Part shown: positions 15,902-24,582 of the stretch, piece by piece | Numbering within the stretch: the stretch's first letter is position 1 | Layout: each line of letters starts with the position of its first letter | IMG/VR virus record: IMGVR_UViG_3300045988_175993 | Span: 1-52,183 of that record | From: a virus | DNA length: 52,183 nt | Strand: one strand, 5' to 3' | The notes under the pieces: generated by a model | What the model was told of the DNA's origin: nothing | The model's database searches: none | What the model saw: only the letters and a program-made list of their open reading frames with translations | Program-made: the position numbers and the translations under genes

Positions 15902-16188
15902 AAGAGATTGATGTCTTTAACTCCACAGTCCTTCTTTATCAGCTCAACCAGCTCGGGATAGAGCTCAGAGAACATTCCCTCAAGGTTCAGCACATTGCCA
16001 GCAAGATCAAATCTTGTGATATAAGCCACCACAGATCCGTCCTCGAACTTGTATATCGTCTGGCGAATGGGGATCTGCCTGATGAGCTTGTTGTTCTTGA
16101 TCTCGTCCGTGATAGAGAACCATCTCTCCACAGTGATAGTGAATCCTCCAGCGCTTATGAGGTGAATGTCTTCATGTATGGGTAACAT
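15889..16188 (-). CDS. Hypothetical protein (99 aa)
   Basis: ORF packed tightly between neighbouring genes. No motif recognised. Confidence 0.7.
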   Translation of the reverse strand: MLPIHEDIHLISAGGFTITVERWFSITDEIKNNKLIRQIPIRQTIYKFEDGSVVAYITRFDLAGNVLNLEGMFSELYPELVELIKKDCGVKDINLFWMR

Positions 16189-16190
16189 TG

Positions 16191-16610
16191 TTAATTTTCC
16201 TCCTTGTGGTCAAATATATGCCAAAGATTATAACCTTTCCGCTCAAGAATCTCCAAACAATCATCCAAATAGAAGATATCTTGTTCAGGATAGACAGTGC
16301 CTGAAAGCTTCTGATTCAGCTCTGTAAGATTTGGAGCATTGGTTTCATCATAGACGATCTTGGGAAGATCCTTGCCTCGATAACCTATATCGAACCACTG
16401 AAGATCAACTTTGTATTTCCGGAACATCATCTCCCGCATCACTTTAAGATGATAGCAGAACAGCCACTCTCTAGGGTGATCAAATACATAGCCAACTACG
16501 GGATCAGGGGTGTTCCAGTTTCCTTTTCTGAGGGCGCAGCACTCACGGTGTGCGCCCAGCAGGTAACGTTTGGGAAGATATGGAATCAAGGCTTCATGCC
16601 AGAGCTTCAT
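16191..16610 (-). CDS. TIGR02328-like protein (pyrimidine-dimer DNA glycosylase/DenV-related fold)
   Basis: The N-terminus MKLWHEALIPYLPKRYLLGAHRECCALRKGNW is the hallmark I recall for this family (MRLWH..LIP.LP...LL.q.RECCa.R). Confidence 0.6.
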   Translation of the reverse strand: MKLWHEALIPYLPKRYLLGAHRECCALRKGNWNTPDPVVGYVFDHPREWLFCYHLKVMREMMFRKYKVDLQWFDIGYRGKDLPKIVYDETNAPNLTELNQKLSGTVYPEQDIFYLDDCLEILERKGYNLWHIFDHKEEN

Positions 16611-16918
16611 GTGTCTATCTCCCTCCAGTATTTACGATCATCGCATTCTGAACAAAGAGAATTCCCTCTGTTCGCACAGACGTCGCAGCTGATAGGTCTT
16701 GCCTGTACTCTGTCTGTGCGTATGAGATACAGACGCTTATTGATCACGCGGACAGCGATGGGAAGGTTTTCAAGCTTTATTCTCTGACGAAAAGAATTTG
16801 CTGCAGAATTGAGAGATTTGTACTCTCCAGGCGTGGGGATATAACGAATTGTATCGAGCCATCTATTGTTCTCGAATTCGTGAAGAACGCCTTTAACAGA
16901 TGTGTACTTTTTTGACAT
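16607..16918 (-). CDS. Hypothetical protein with C-terminal Cys cluster
   Basis: Start set at ATG 16918 (RBS ggagga). C-terminal motif CDVCANRGNSLCSEC. Confidence 0.65.
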   Translation of the reverse strand: MSKKYTSVKGVLHEFENNRWLDTIRYIPTPGEYKSLNSAANSFRQRIKLENLPIAVRVINKRLYLIRTDRVQARPISCDVCANRGNSLCSECDDRKYWREIDT

Positions 16919-17018
16919 GATGATTCCTCCTGATGTATTCAATTGTGGATGGTTTTCCACGACTCCCTTCTACTATTATAATAGGAGGGAGTTTCGGTCA
17001 GTAACCAGCTGGCCATCA

Positions 17019-17228
17019 TCAGGTGGAATGCTCTCTATTGTACAGAGCAAGGGCTTCATCCCAGCTCAGTCTCTTGGGATTCTGATCTTCAGGATTCTTA
17101 AAGAGCAGGGGCTGCCAACCACCAGAGGTTGTTCCTATGCACTTCCCGCTCGGAAGGTCTATCCCACAGCCGCCATAAGTAGGATCATTCTCGATCAGTT
17201 CCATCAGTTCGTTGATTGTGTTCAGCAT
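17019..17228 (-). CDS. Hypothetical protein (69 aa)
   Basis: Preceded by the conserved leader ATCTGAAAGGAGA. Confidence 0.65.
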   Translation of the reverse strand: MLNTINELMELIENDPTYGGCGIDLPSGKCIGTTSGGWQPLLFKNPEDQNPKRLSWDEALALYNREHST

Positions 17229-17262
17229 TTCTTTGATCTCCTTTCAGATTCAATAAACTCTC

Positions 17263-17547
17263 TCAGTCAACTTCTATCTCAATGATCTCAACTTGTTTGT
17301 TCCAGTATCGATCCGAATTGCAGCTATGGTAAACATAAGAGCGGGCTGCATCGCATTTGCGCTTGTAGCCATAGGCTTTTATCATGTAGGGGGTGACTTT
17401 GCTGATATTCTTCAGATAGTCGTGCATAGTTCCTTCCCTTCCTAGGAGCTTCTGATCCTTCCCATAATAGGCTATTGAAGTCATACCAGCAAAGTTGGGA
17501 TTATCCTGGGTAGCCTTTGATGTTGCTTTTACGATGTAATACGTCAT
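17263..17547 (-). CDS. Hypothetical protein (94 aa)
   Basis: Preceded by the conserved leader ATCTGAAAGGAGA. Confidence 0.7.
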   Translation of the reverse strand: MTYYIVKATSKATQDNPNFAGMTSIAYYGKDQKLLGREGTMHDYLKNISKVTPYMIKAYGYKRKCDAARSYVYHSCNSDRYWNKQVEIIEIEVD

Positions 17548-17572
17548 TTGTTATTTCTCCTTTCAGATCCAA

Positions 17573-17824
17573 TTAAAGGCTCAAAGCCTTGGATACAAAA
17601 GATCTCCGGCGGTCAGGGAGAAAGACATAGATGACTACATCGTTTTCCCTGTCTTCCATATTGTTAGAACATACTTCGCATCTAACAACTGCCCAATCGG
17701 GATCAGTCAAAGTATCGGTGTAGGAGAAGCCAGTCACTCTGCATTCCTTATTGTCTCTGAGAGAAGCAAAACGCTCAACTCTCTTGATCTCGCTCGGGAG
17801 AAGGTTTTCAAACTTTTTCATCAT
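17573..17824 (-). CDS. Hypothetical protein (83 aa), first gene of the leftward arm
   Basis: RBS aaggagga. Lies downstream of the promoter at 17870-17898. Confidence 0.7.
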   Translation of the reverse strand: MMKKFENLLPSEIKRVERFASLRDNKECRVTGFSYTDTLTDPDWAVVRCEVCSNNMEDRENDVVIYVFLPDRRRSFVSKALSL

Positions 17825-17844
17825 CGTGTCCTCCTTAAGATTTT

Positions 17845-17901
17845 GGGGTTTCTTTTAACTTACAAGCATATTCTACTACGAATTTCTACAAAAGTAAAGT
17901 C
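17845..17901. repeat. 57-bp exact repeat (promoter plus 5' leader), copy 1
   Basis: ggggtttcttttaacttacaagcatattctactacgaatttctacaaaagtaaagtc is identical to 44677-44733. Confidence 0.95.
17870..17898 (-). promoter_or_regulatory. Sigma-A-like promoter (-35 TTTACT, 17 bp, -10 TAGAAT)
   Basis: Minus strand reads CTTTACTTTTGTAGAAATTCGTAGTAGAAT. Confidence 0.7.
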
Positions 17902-18044
17902 AGTGAAAATGCTATAAAAGTTATTGATAAAAGTAATTTCACAACTTTTTGTAGATAATTCTTTTGTAAAAGTTACAACTGTTGTAAAAATTCACAAAAA
18001 TTCACGAATTTTAGAAAATTTGAAAAATTTTTACAATAAAAATG

Positions 18045-18803
18045 AAAAATAGTCGCAAGATGTCCTTGTAAAATCCTTGAGCTCTCAAAAATCTAAAAAT
18101 AGGTTAAAAATAGGCGGAAGCACGAAAAAATTCCCTTGAGCTCTCAAGGATTTTTCTCCATCGGGAAAACTAAAAATAGTCTCATAATTTACAATAAATC
18201 TACAACAAATTTCGCGCCTATTTTTTGCTTTCTTATTTTAGGCAGGAGGAAAAAGAAGAAGTGGAAAAGTCGTGAAAATAAAAATAGGCGGAATCCTTGT
18301 AGATCTGAATTCGAAAAATAGTCTCAAGAAGTGCTTGTAAATTTATTGTCTCCTCAAGAAAGTGAAAAATAGGCTAAAAATAGGCGGAGACGGAATTTTT
18401 TCCTTTGTAAAATACAACATTTTTCCTCATCAGGAAAACTAAAAATAGTCTCATAATCCTTGTAGATTTTACAAGATTTTCTATACCTATTTTTATACTT
18501 TTATTTTAACGTATAGAAAAATAGTATAGAATAGAAAGTAAAAATATAGAATAATTTATATATATAAAATAGAGCACACGAAAAAAAGTCTCATAATTCT
18601 TGAGACATTGGGTTCACTCCGAGTTTTTACAACAAGATCTCACGTTTTCTTCACTTCTCGTGATCGATTGAATACTCGATTTACAAGACTTTTTTACCTA
18701 TTTTTATTTTTCTCCACGGAGAAAAGTGTTGTAAATTACAAGCGAAAAAATTTCGCTTATACCTATTTTTAACCTATTTTTTACAAGACGTCCGCCTATT
18801 TTT
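18045..18803. repeat. Iteron-like array: 16 exact AAAAATAG/CTATTTTT octamers with dyad organisation around an AT-rich core; candidate origin or packaging/regulatory region
   Basis: Forward copies at 18045, 18095, 18106, 18172, 18280, 18314, 18365, 18376, 18441, 18517. Reverse copies at 18218, 18487, 18698, 18763, 18774, 18796. Two diverged ~270-bp tandem units. No credible ORF. Confidence 0.8.
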
Positions 18804-18965
18804 CGAATTTTCGTAAAATTTTACAAGATTCGACGCGATCTTGGGAAGTTCATTTTCCACATTCCGGTCTTCGCCGAAAATTAGGGCGTGCCCCCTGGGC
18901 TCGAAAAAGATCGAAAAAATTTCGGAAGTCCTTGGGATACTTAAAGATTTTTAAGTAAATAGGGG

Positions 18966-18994
18966 TTTACTTTCCGAAAGAAAGAGAGTATAAT
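18966..18994 (+). promoter_or_regulatory. Sigma-A-like promoter of the rightward (late) arm (-35 TTTACT, 17 bp, -10 TATAAT)
   Basis: GTTTACTTTCCGAAAGAAAGAGAGTATAAT lies 32 nt upstream of the terS ATG. Confidence 0.65.
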
Positions 18995-19025
18995 AGAGGG
19001 TGAATAATAGAAGGAGCGTTGATCA

Positions 19026-19712
19026 ATGGCAAAGAAACAAATCATTATTGATGCGCCCTCTCATCCGGTTATTCGGTATCGAAAGATAGACGATCGCCAT
19101 GTAGTTGTGGACTTGAGAGGGATACGGAATCCCCATAGTCCATTCAATGGCCATATCAATCCAACAAAAGGTTTTCAACGAAAGTTTGTATCTCCACAAC
19201 ATCTTGAAAGTCTTTGTAATGAATACTTTGAATCCTGTTACGGTCCAGTACTCGATAAACATGGATATCCTGTGTATGATCGCCAAGGAAAACTTGTAAA
19301 AACACAAGTGAAGCCGTTTACAGTGTCAGGATTGGCTTTGTATCTCAAGATTTCAACGGAGTGTTTGAAGAAATACAAGCTCGGAAGAGTGGATACAATC
19401 TTGGATGAGATGAGAGCTGAGACTGACGACTCTGCTACTTTTGCTCAAGTGATTGCAAGAGCTAGACAAAGAATTGAGAGTTATGCCGAGGAACGGAACT
19501 ACGATGCTCAAGGACAACGAGGAGGACAATATATCCTTGATTGTTGTTTCGGTTGGAAAGATAGTAGAACATCTGCAGAAATTGAACGTCACAAGCGAGA
19601 GATGGATTTGAAAGAGAAGGAATTTGATCTCAAGCAAAAGCTTCTTGATGAAGACTCCGAGGACAATGATTTCACAATAAATATAATTCGTGCCAAACGA
19701 AAGGATGAGTAA
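19026..19712 (+). CDS. terS: Terminase small subunit (gp3-packaging-like)
   Basis: LESLCNEYFESC...KPFTVSGLALYLKISTECLKKY matches the HTH pattern seen in gp3-type small terminases. It is the first gene of the late arm. Confidence 0.6.
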   Translation: MAKKQIIIDAPSHPVIRYRKIDDRHVVVDLRGIRNPHSPFNGHINPTKGFQRKFVSPQHLESLCNEYFESCYGPVLDKHGYPVYDRQGKLVKTQVKPFTVSGLALYLKISTECLKKYKLGRVDTILDEMRAETDDSATFAQVIARARQRIESYAEERNYDAQGQRGGQYILDCCFGWKDSRTSAEIERHKREMDLKEKEFDLKQKLLDEDSEDNDFTINIIRAKRKDE

Positions 19713-19713
19713 A

Positions 19714-19932
19714 ATGGAAATTTGTTATCCCAAGGCTGATATGCTGAATTTTGAAGATCTAAATGTCACAGATGTTTTCTCAGTAGATTATGAAACTTGG
19801 ATAAAGATTCACCCTGTGGTGTATCAGCGTTGCACAGTAAACTCGTTGAATCCTCGCACAGGAGAATATCGTTACACTGATAATGATACTCTTGTAAGAC
19901 GATTTGAAGCAGAACTGACTATTGTAAAGTGA
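19714..19932 (+). CDS. Hypothetical protein (72 aa)
   Basis: Start set at ATG 19714, just after the terS stop (RBS aaggatgag). Confidence 0.6.
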   Translation: MEICYPKADMLNFEDLNVTDVFSVDYETWIKIHPVVYQRCTVNSLNPRTGEYRYTDNDTLVRRFEAELTIVK

Positions 19933-19940
19933 GGAAAGCG

Positions 19941-20285
19941 ATGAGATACACTGTAGTCTTTGATTTCGATGGAGTTATCCATTCATACAAGTCCGGATGG
20001 AAAGGCGTCACAGAAATTCCTGATCCTCCTGTCTCCGGTATTAAAGAAGCGATAGACAAGATTCGTGAGAAATTCGATGTTGTTGTAGTATCTACTCGTT
20101 GTATTTCTCCGAAAGGTACAGAAGCAATAAAGAGTTGGCTCAACAAGTACAATATTGTTGTAGACGGTATTGCTGCTGAGAAACCTCCAGCTATTTGTTA
20201 CGTAGACGATCGTGCAATTTGTTTTGACGGTAATGCAGCAACGCTTCCTGATCTCGTCGAGAACTTTAAGGCATGGTGGGAATGA
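19941..20285 (+). CDS. HAD-superfamily phosphatase-like protein
   Basis: Motif I VVFDFDGVIH; a late Asp motif YVDDRA. RBS gaggaaag. Confidence 0.65.
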   Translation: MRYTVVFDFDGVIHSYKSGWKGVTEIPDPPVSGIKEAIDKIREKFDVVVVSTRCISPKGTEAIKSWLNKYNIVVDGIAAEKPPAICYVDDRAICFDGNAATLPDLVENFKAWWE

Positions 20286-20443
20286 TGACATACAAAGAAG
20301 CTTGGTGCAAGATCCTCAGTGAGATCAGCAATACCTATGATGACGAAGTCAAGGATGCCCTATTCATACTAGCCGAAGCCGCTAGCAAACAGCAGGAGCT
20401 TGAGGACATAAGGAAACAAGCCCTAGATCAAATGATGGAGTAA
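20282..20443 (+). CDS. Small hypothetical protein (53 aa)
   Basis: ATG overlaps the upstream TGA (ATGA). Translation MMTYKEAWCKILSEISNTYDDEVKDALFILAEAASKQQELEDIRKQALDQMME. Below the ORF-track cut-off. Confidence 0.45.
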   Translation: MMTYKEAWCKILSEISNTYDDEVKDALFILAEAASKQQELEDIRKQALDQMME

Positions 20444-20449
20444 ATTGAT

Positions 20450-21118
20450 ATGACAACCAATGAAACTGATTTTCTGCATTTCTTGAAAACAAGGGATATG
20501 GACTTTGAATTTGCTGGCAAGATGGATATGCCTGTGCTGCAGCCAGTTGAGATTGATGATCTCAGCAAAGTTGATCTTCTTGGTTTCAACTACGCAACAA
20601 ATCCTCAAAACATGATCGACAAAGAAGACAGGTTTATCCACTTCTTCCTGGCAGATGGATGCTTTGCAAAGATTTGGGATAATCTTGAATACTATGAAGG
20701 GATTCTGAATCAGTATCGTGGCATAGTCATGCCCAACTTCTCAATGTACACTACAATGCCTCGTGCTATGCAGATTTGGAATTGCTACAGGAATATGTGG
20801 CTTGCTTCGTATTATCAACAACACGGGATCACAGTGATTCCTTCAATCCAGTGGAGCGACGAAGAATCCTTTGAATACACCTTTGATGGCATGCCAAGGC
20901 ACAGTTGCCTCTGTGTTTCTTCGGTCGGATGTGTTCAAAATCCTCGAGTTAGACAGCTGTTTAATCAAGGCTTTAGAAGAGCACTCACAGAGCTTGAGCC
21001 CACACAGCTCATTGTATATGGCAAGCTTACAGATGATATGCGAAGCAGAATCAAAGTTCCTTATATCAATATAGAATCTGAGATGAAGCAACGCATTGAT
21101 AAATGGAAAGACAAGTAA
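20450..21118 (+). CDS. DUF4417-domain protein
   Basis: FIHFFLADGCFAKIWDN...VMPNFSMYTTMPRAMQIWNCYRNMWLASYYQQHGITVIPSIQW fits the DUF4417 pattern as I recall it. Confidence 0.65.
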   Translation: MTTNETDFLHFLKTRDMDFEFAGKMDMPVLQPVEIDDLSKVDLLGFNYATNPQNMIDKEDRFIHFFLADGCFAKIWDNLEYYEGILNQYRGIVMPNFSMYTTMPRAMQIWNCYRNMWLASYYQQHGITVIPSIQWSDEESFEYTFDGMPRHSCLCVSSVGCVQNPRVRQLFNQGFRRALTELEPTQLIVYGKLTDDMRSRIKVPYINIESEMKQRIDKWKDK

Positions 21119-21126
21119 AATTTCCC

Positions 21127-21155
21127 TTTACTTTTTCTAAACATAGGAGTATGAT
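21127..21155 (+). promoter_or_regulatory. Sigma-A-like promoter (-35 TTTACT, 17 bp, -10 TATGAT)
   Basis: CTTTACTTTTTCTAAACATAGGAGTATGAT lies upstream of 21189. Confidence 0.55.
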
Positions 21156-21188
21156 AAGGTTACACTACAAACATGGAGGTATTTATAA

Positions 21189-21491
21189 ATGGGCGGAAAT
21201 GGTTCTGGCGGAGGCAAGAGATCCGGTGGAGGAGGAGTAGCACAGTCTGCTGTTAATCGTGCCGCACAAGAGTATATACAGCATCATCTGTATAATGGGG
21301 AAACTTTTGGAACTGTTGAGTCCGCTCAAGTCGTTTCCCCTGTAGATAAGAATGGATATGCTGATGTGAAGATTGAAGCTCGCAAGGATGTTCAGATTCC
21401 TGTTGGGAGGGATTTCGAAACAGGACAGATGGAGTATGATTATGATGTGGAGTACCAGACTATCACAACTCATCTGAAGGTGAGGCGGTGA
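21189..21491 (+). CDS. Hypothetical protein with Gly-rich N-terminus
   Basis: RBS ggaggt. N-terminus MGGNGSGGGKRSGGGG. Confidence 0.7.
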   Translation: MGGNGSGGGKRSGGGGVAQSAVNRAAQEYIQHHLYNGETFGTVESAQVVSPVDKNGYADVKIEARKDVQIPVGRDFETGQMEYDYDVEYQTITTHLKVRR

Positions 21492-21499
21492 TATAGTCA

Positions 21500-22813
21500 A
21501 TGGTCATTGACAAGGAGATCAATCCACGGTTTGAGGAATTCATATGGGATTGGGATTACAAAACCTATCTACTTGTCGGTGGATATGGCTCAAGCAAAAG
21601 TTACAATACAGCATTCAAGATCATTCTCAAATGCTTACAAGAAAAGCGCAAGGTGCTTATTGTACGTGAAGTCTTTGATACAATTCGTGAGTCTTGTTTT
21701 GATCTCCTTGTTGAAATTCTTGAAGACCTTAATCTTGTTGGAACAAGCAGAAATAAGGTTCGCTGCACAAGCAGTCCAATGGTTATTCGGTTCCCAAACG
21801 GGAGTAAAATTATATTCAAGGGTATGGACAAGCCTGCAAAGCTCAAGTCAATCAACGGTGTATCAATAGTTTGGTTGGAAGAGTGCAGTGAGATCAAATA
21901 TGCAGGCTATAAAGAGCTCAGAGGACGTCTTCGTGTTCCCAATCAGCCTTTGTACTTCTTCTTAAGTACCAATCCTGTTGGCACAGAAAACTGGGTTTAT
22001 CAGCATTTCTTTAAGCGAGTTGATGAAAATGGTGAGACTCATGTGATTCTTGACGACGAGAAGCTGTACAAGTACCACACTCTTGTAAAGGGAACAACAT
22101 ATTACCACCACAGTGTGGCTGATGACAATTATTTCCTTCCTCCAGATTACATAGAAGAGCTTGATCAGATGAAGGAATACGATCCTGACCTGTATAGGGT
22201 TGCTCGTCTGGGTCGATTCGGTCAGAATGGTAGACCTGTACTGCCTCAATTTGAAATAGCAAAAACACATCATGAGGTCATCAAGGCTGTACAAGGTATT
22301 CCTGAGAAATTCCGGTTTTGTGGTATGGACTTCGGTTTTGAAGAATCCTACAACGCTGTAGTCAAAGTAGCAGTAGATGACAAGGAGAAGATTCTCTACA
22401 TCTATTATGAATACTACAAGAACAAGATGACAGATGACAAGACCGAGAAAGAGCTTAAGAAAGATGGGCTGGACAAGGTACAGATTATTGCGGACTGTGA
22501 AGATCCCAAGGCTATCGCGTTCTATCGTCAATCAGGCTTTAGAATGAGAGGATGTCATAAATATCCCGGAAGCCGTCTTGCAAATACAAGAAAATGTAAA
22601 CGATTCCGCAAGATAATCTGCAGCCCCAATTGCCCCAATACGATAAGAGAGCTCAGCACTCTTGTCTATAAGACAGATCCCAAAGGCAATCTCGTATATG
22701 ATGAGTTTAACATAGACCCGCATACATTTTCAGCAATTTGGTACTCGCTTGACACCTATGAAGTTGCTGATATCAAGTATATACCGAAGAATAGTACACG
22801 AGGAGATGCATGA
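21500..22813 (+). CDS. terL: Terminase large subunit (PBSX-type)
   Basis: Walker [10 protein letters not shown], Walker B IVWLEE, and a C-terminal nuclease-like acidic motif IIADCEDPK. 437 aa. Confidence 0.88.
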   Translation: MVIDKEINPRFEEFIWDWDYKTYLLVGGYGSSKSYNTAFKIILKCLQEKRKVLIVREVFDTIRESCFDLLVEILEDLNLVGTSRNKVRCTSSPMVIRFPNGSKIIFKGMDKPAKLKSINGVSIVWLEECSEIKYAGYKELRGRLRVPNQPLYFFLSTNPVGTENWVYQHFFKRVDENGETHVILDDEKLYKYHTLVKGTTYYHHSVADDNYFLPPDYIEELDQMKEYDPDLYRVARLGRFGQNGRPVLPQFEIAKTHHEVIKAVQGIPEKFRFCGMDFGFEESYNAVVKVAVDDKEKILYIYYEYYKNKMTDDKTEKELKKDGLDKVQIIADCEDPKAIAFYRQSGFRMRGCHKYPGSRLANTRKCKRFRKIICSPNCPNTIRELSTLVYKTDPKGNLVYDEFNIDPHTFSAIWYSLDTYEVADIKYIPKNSTRGDA

Positions 22814-22814
22814 C

Positions 22815-23024
22815 ATGGGAAAAGGTTGTTTTGAGTGCCCCAAGAGATCTATTGGATGCCATGGAAGATGTGCTGACTACAAAAAGCGTAGAGCCCAAAG
22901 GGATAAGGAGCTTGAGGAAGCACATAAGGATGTCGAGACAGAAGCCTATTTTTCTGACAAGTCAAAGAAGGCTCAAAGAGATGCCATTATGCGTTATGAA
23001 AAGACAGGAAGAAAGCAATATTGA
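22815..23024 (+). CDS. Small Cys-rich protein
   Basis: Start set at ATG 22815 (GAGGAG RBS, just after the terL stop). Motif CFECPKRSIGCHGRCADY. Confidence 0.6.
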   Translation: MGKGCFECPKRSIGCHGRCADYKKRRAQRDKELEEAHKDVETEAYFSDKSKKAQRDAIMRYEKTGRKQY

Positions 23025-23032
23025 GGTGACAT

Positions 23033-24580
23033 ATGTTTGGATTAGATAGACCCGAATACGAGAACTTGGTTCCCAGTTCTATAATCAAAACAGAGCTTGA
23101 TGGCTTGTATGGTCAACGAGTTCTTCAAGATATGAAGGAAGCCATAGAGTGTTATAGCATATATGAGAACGGCGCTGACTACACTCCTCCGCACACGGAT
23201 AATGACAGCCCTCCTTCAGATCTTCGGTATAAGATTGCTAAAGCTCTCCTGGACAAGGAAGCAAGATTCCTCTTCTCCAAGAGTCCAGACTTTTGGGTAG
23301 ATATCAATCTTGGAGATTCCAAGGAGGAGCGAGCAAAAGCCAAAGAAGCAGCTTCAGTCTATCAAAGCTTGATAGATACAGTGCTTGAGAAGAACAATTT
23401 CAAGAGTGCTTTGCTCAAAGCTTGTAAAGACTGCTTTATCAGTAAACGAATTGCCATCATGTTCAATATTGACGTGGAGAAGGGCATTCAAATCAGTTTC
23501 CTCCCCAGTATGGAATTCCTGTACGATGTTGATCCCAACGATGCAAATCAAATTACCAAGATTGTGGTGTTCTACGGTCTTAATGATGAAAAAGCCAAAG
23601 TGGATCAACGTATTTACAAGAAGAAATATTGGCTCGAGAACGGCTTTTGCCATTACCTTGAGGAAATCTATGACGGCACTGGAAAGCTTGTTGAAACCAT
23701 TCATTCAGATACAATAACACTGTTCACATTCATTCCTGCTTGGGTAGTAGTCAACGATGGTTTGACTGGAGATCTCATTGGTAAATCTGAAATTGAGATG
23801 CTGGCAGAATATGAGAGCTGGTACAGCAAGCTTGCTGCAGGTGATATTGATGCTGAGCGCAAGGGAATGAATCCTATTCGCTATACAGTAGATGCTTCAC
23901 CCGAGAGTACAAAGGATTTAAGCATTGCTGCTGGCGCTTTCTGGGATCTTTCTTCTGATCAAAATCAGGCTCAGGATAGAACAGCTCAAGTTGGAGTTCT
24001 TGATAGTCCTATGTCCTATTCTTCGGCTCTCAGCACTACGCTGGATAGAGTCAAGAATACCATGTATGAACAGTGTTCTGTGCCTAATGTCAGTCCTGAG
24101 GCTCTCAAAGGGGTTGTTTCCTCTGGCAAGACCCTTAAAGCCATATACTGGGATCTCATCGTTAGATGTGACGAGAAGATGCTCGAATGGCGTCCCGCTC
24201 TTCAGTTTATAGGTAAATGCATCATAGAGGGTGCACGTCTGTATCCGGCTGTTCTGCCTCTGTATATAGAGGATAAACTTCCTGATCAAGCCTATTCAAT
24301 CAGAGTTGACAACCAATATCCTCTGCCTGAAGATGAAGCTGATGAAAAGCAGACTGACCTTTCTGAAGTGAATGCTCAAACCATGTCAAGAAAAGCTTAC
24401 ATGAAGAAATGGCGCAATCTCACTGACGATGAGGCTGATGAAGAACTCAGACAGATTGCTCTAGAAAGAGAGCTGCTTGAGAACAGCTATTTTGATATGT
24501 CAAATCCACAACAGCAAGAAACTGATAAAACACAGGAAGCGCAGAAAGCACAAGAAGCAGAAGAGCTCAAGAATGAGTAA
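23033..24580 (+). CDS. Portal protein (SPP1 gp6-like)
   Basis: 515 aa, between terL and the MuF-like gene, with an acidic C-terminal tail. The call rests on size and position. Confidence 0.8.
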   Translation: MFGLDRPEYENLVPSSIIKTELDGLYGQRVLQDMKEAIECYSIYENGADYTPPHTDNDSPPSDLRYKIAKALLDKEARFLFSKSPDFWVDINLGDSKEERAKAKEAASVYQSLIDTVLEKNNFKSALLKACKDCFISKRIAIMFNIDVEKGIQISFLPSMEFLYDVDPNDANQITKIVVFYGLNDEKAKVDQRIYKKKYWLENGFCHYLEEIYDGTGKLVETIHSDTITLFTFIPAWVVVNDGLTGDLIGKSEIEMLAEYESWYSKLAAGDIDAERKGMNPIRYTVDASPESTKDLSIAAGAFWDLSSDQNQAQDRTAQVGVLDSPMSYSSALSTTLDRVKNTMYEQCSVPNVSPEALKGVVSSGKTLKAIYWDLIVRCDEKMLEWRPALQFIGKCIIEGARLYPAVLPLYIEDKLPDQAYSIRVDNQYPLPEDEADEKQTDLSEVNAQTMSRKAYMKKWRNLTDDEADEELRQIALERELLENSYFDMSNPQQQETDKTQEAQKAQEAEELKNE

Positions 24581-24582
24581 TC

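Noticed and set aside
18136-18321. 61-aa ORF inside the intergenic repeat region
   Set aside because: It has no RBS, and its Lys/Arg/Asn-rich product derives from the AAAAATAG repeats. It spans the iteron boxes.
18045-18803. The repeat region as a CRISPR array
   Set aside because: The repeats are only 8-13 bp, occur in both orientations, and have irregular spacing (10-100 bp). There is no leader, and no cas genes are present.
21962-22531. 189-aa minus-strand ORF inside terL
   Set aside because: It is a shadow frame of the terminase large subunit, and no supporting signals are present.
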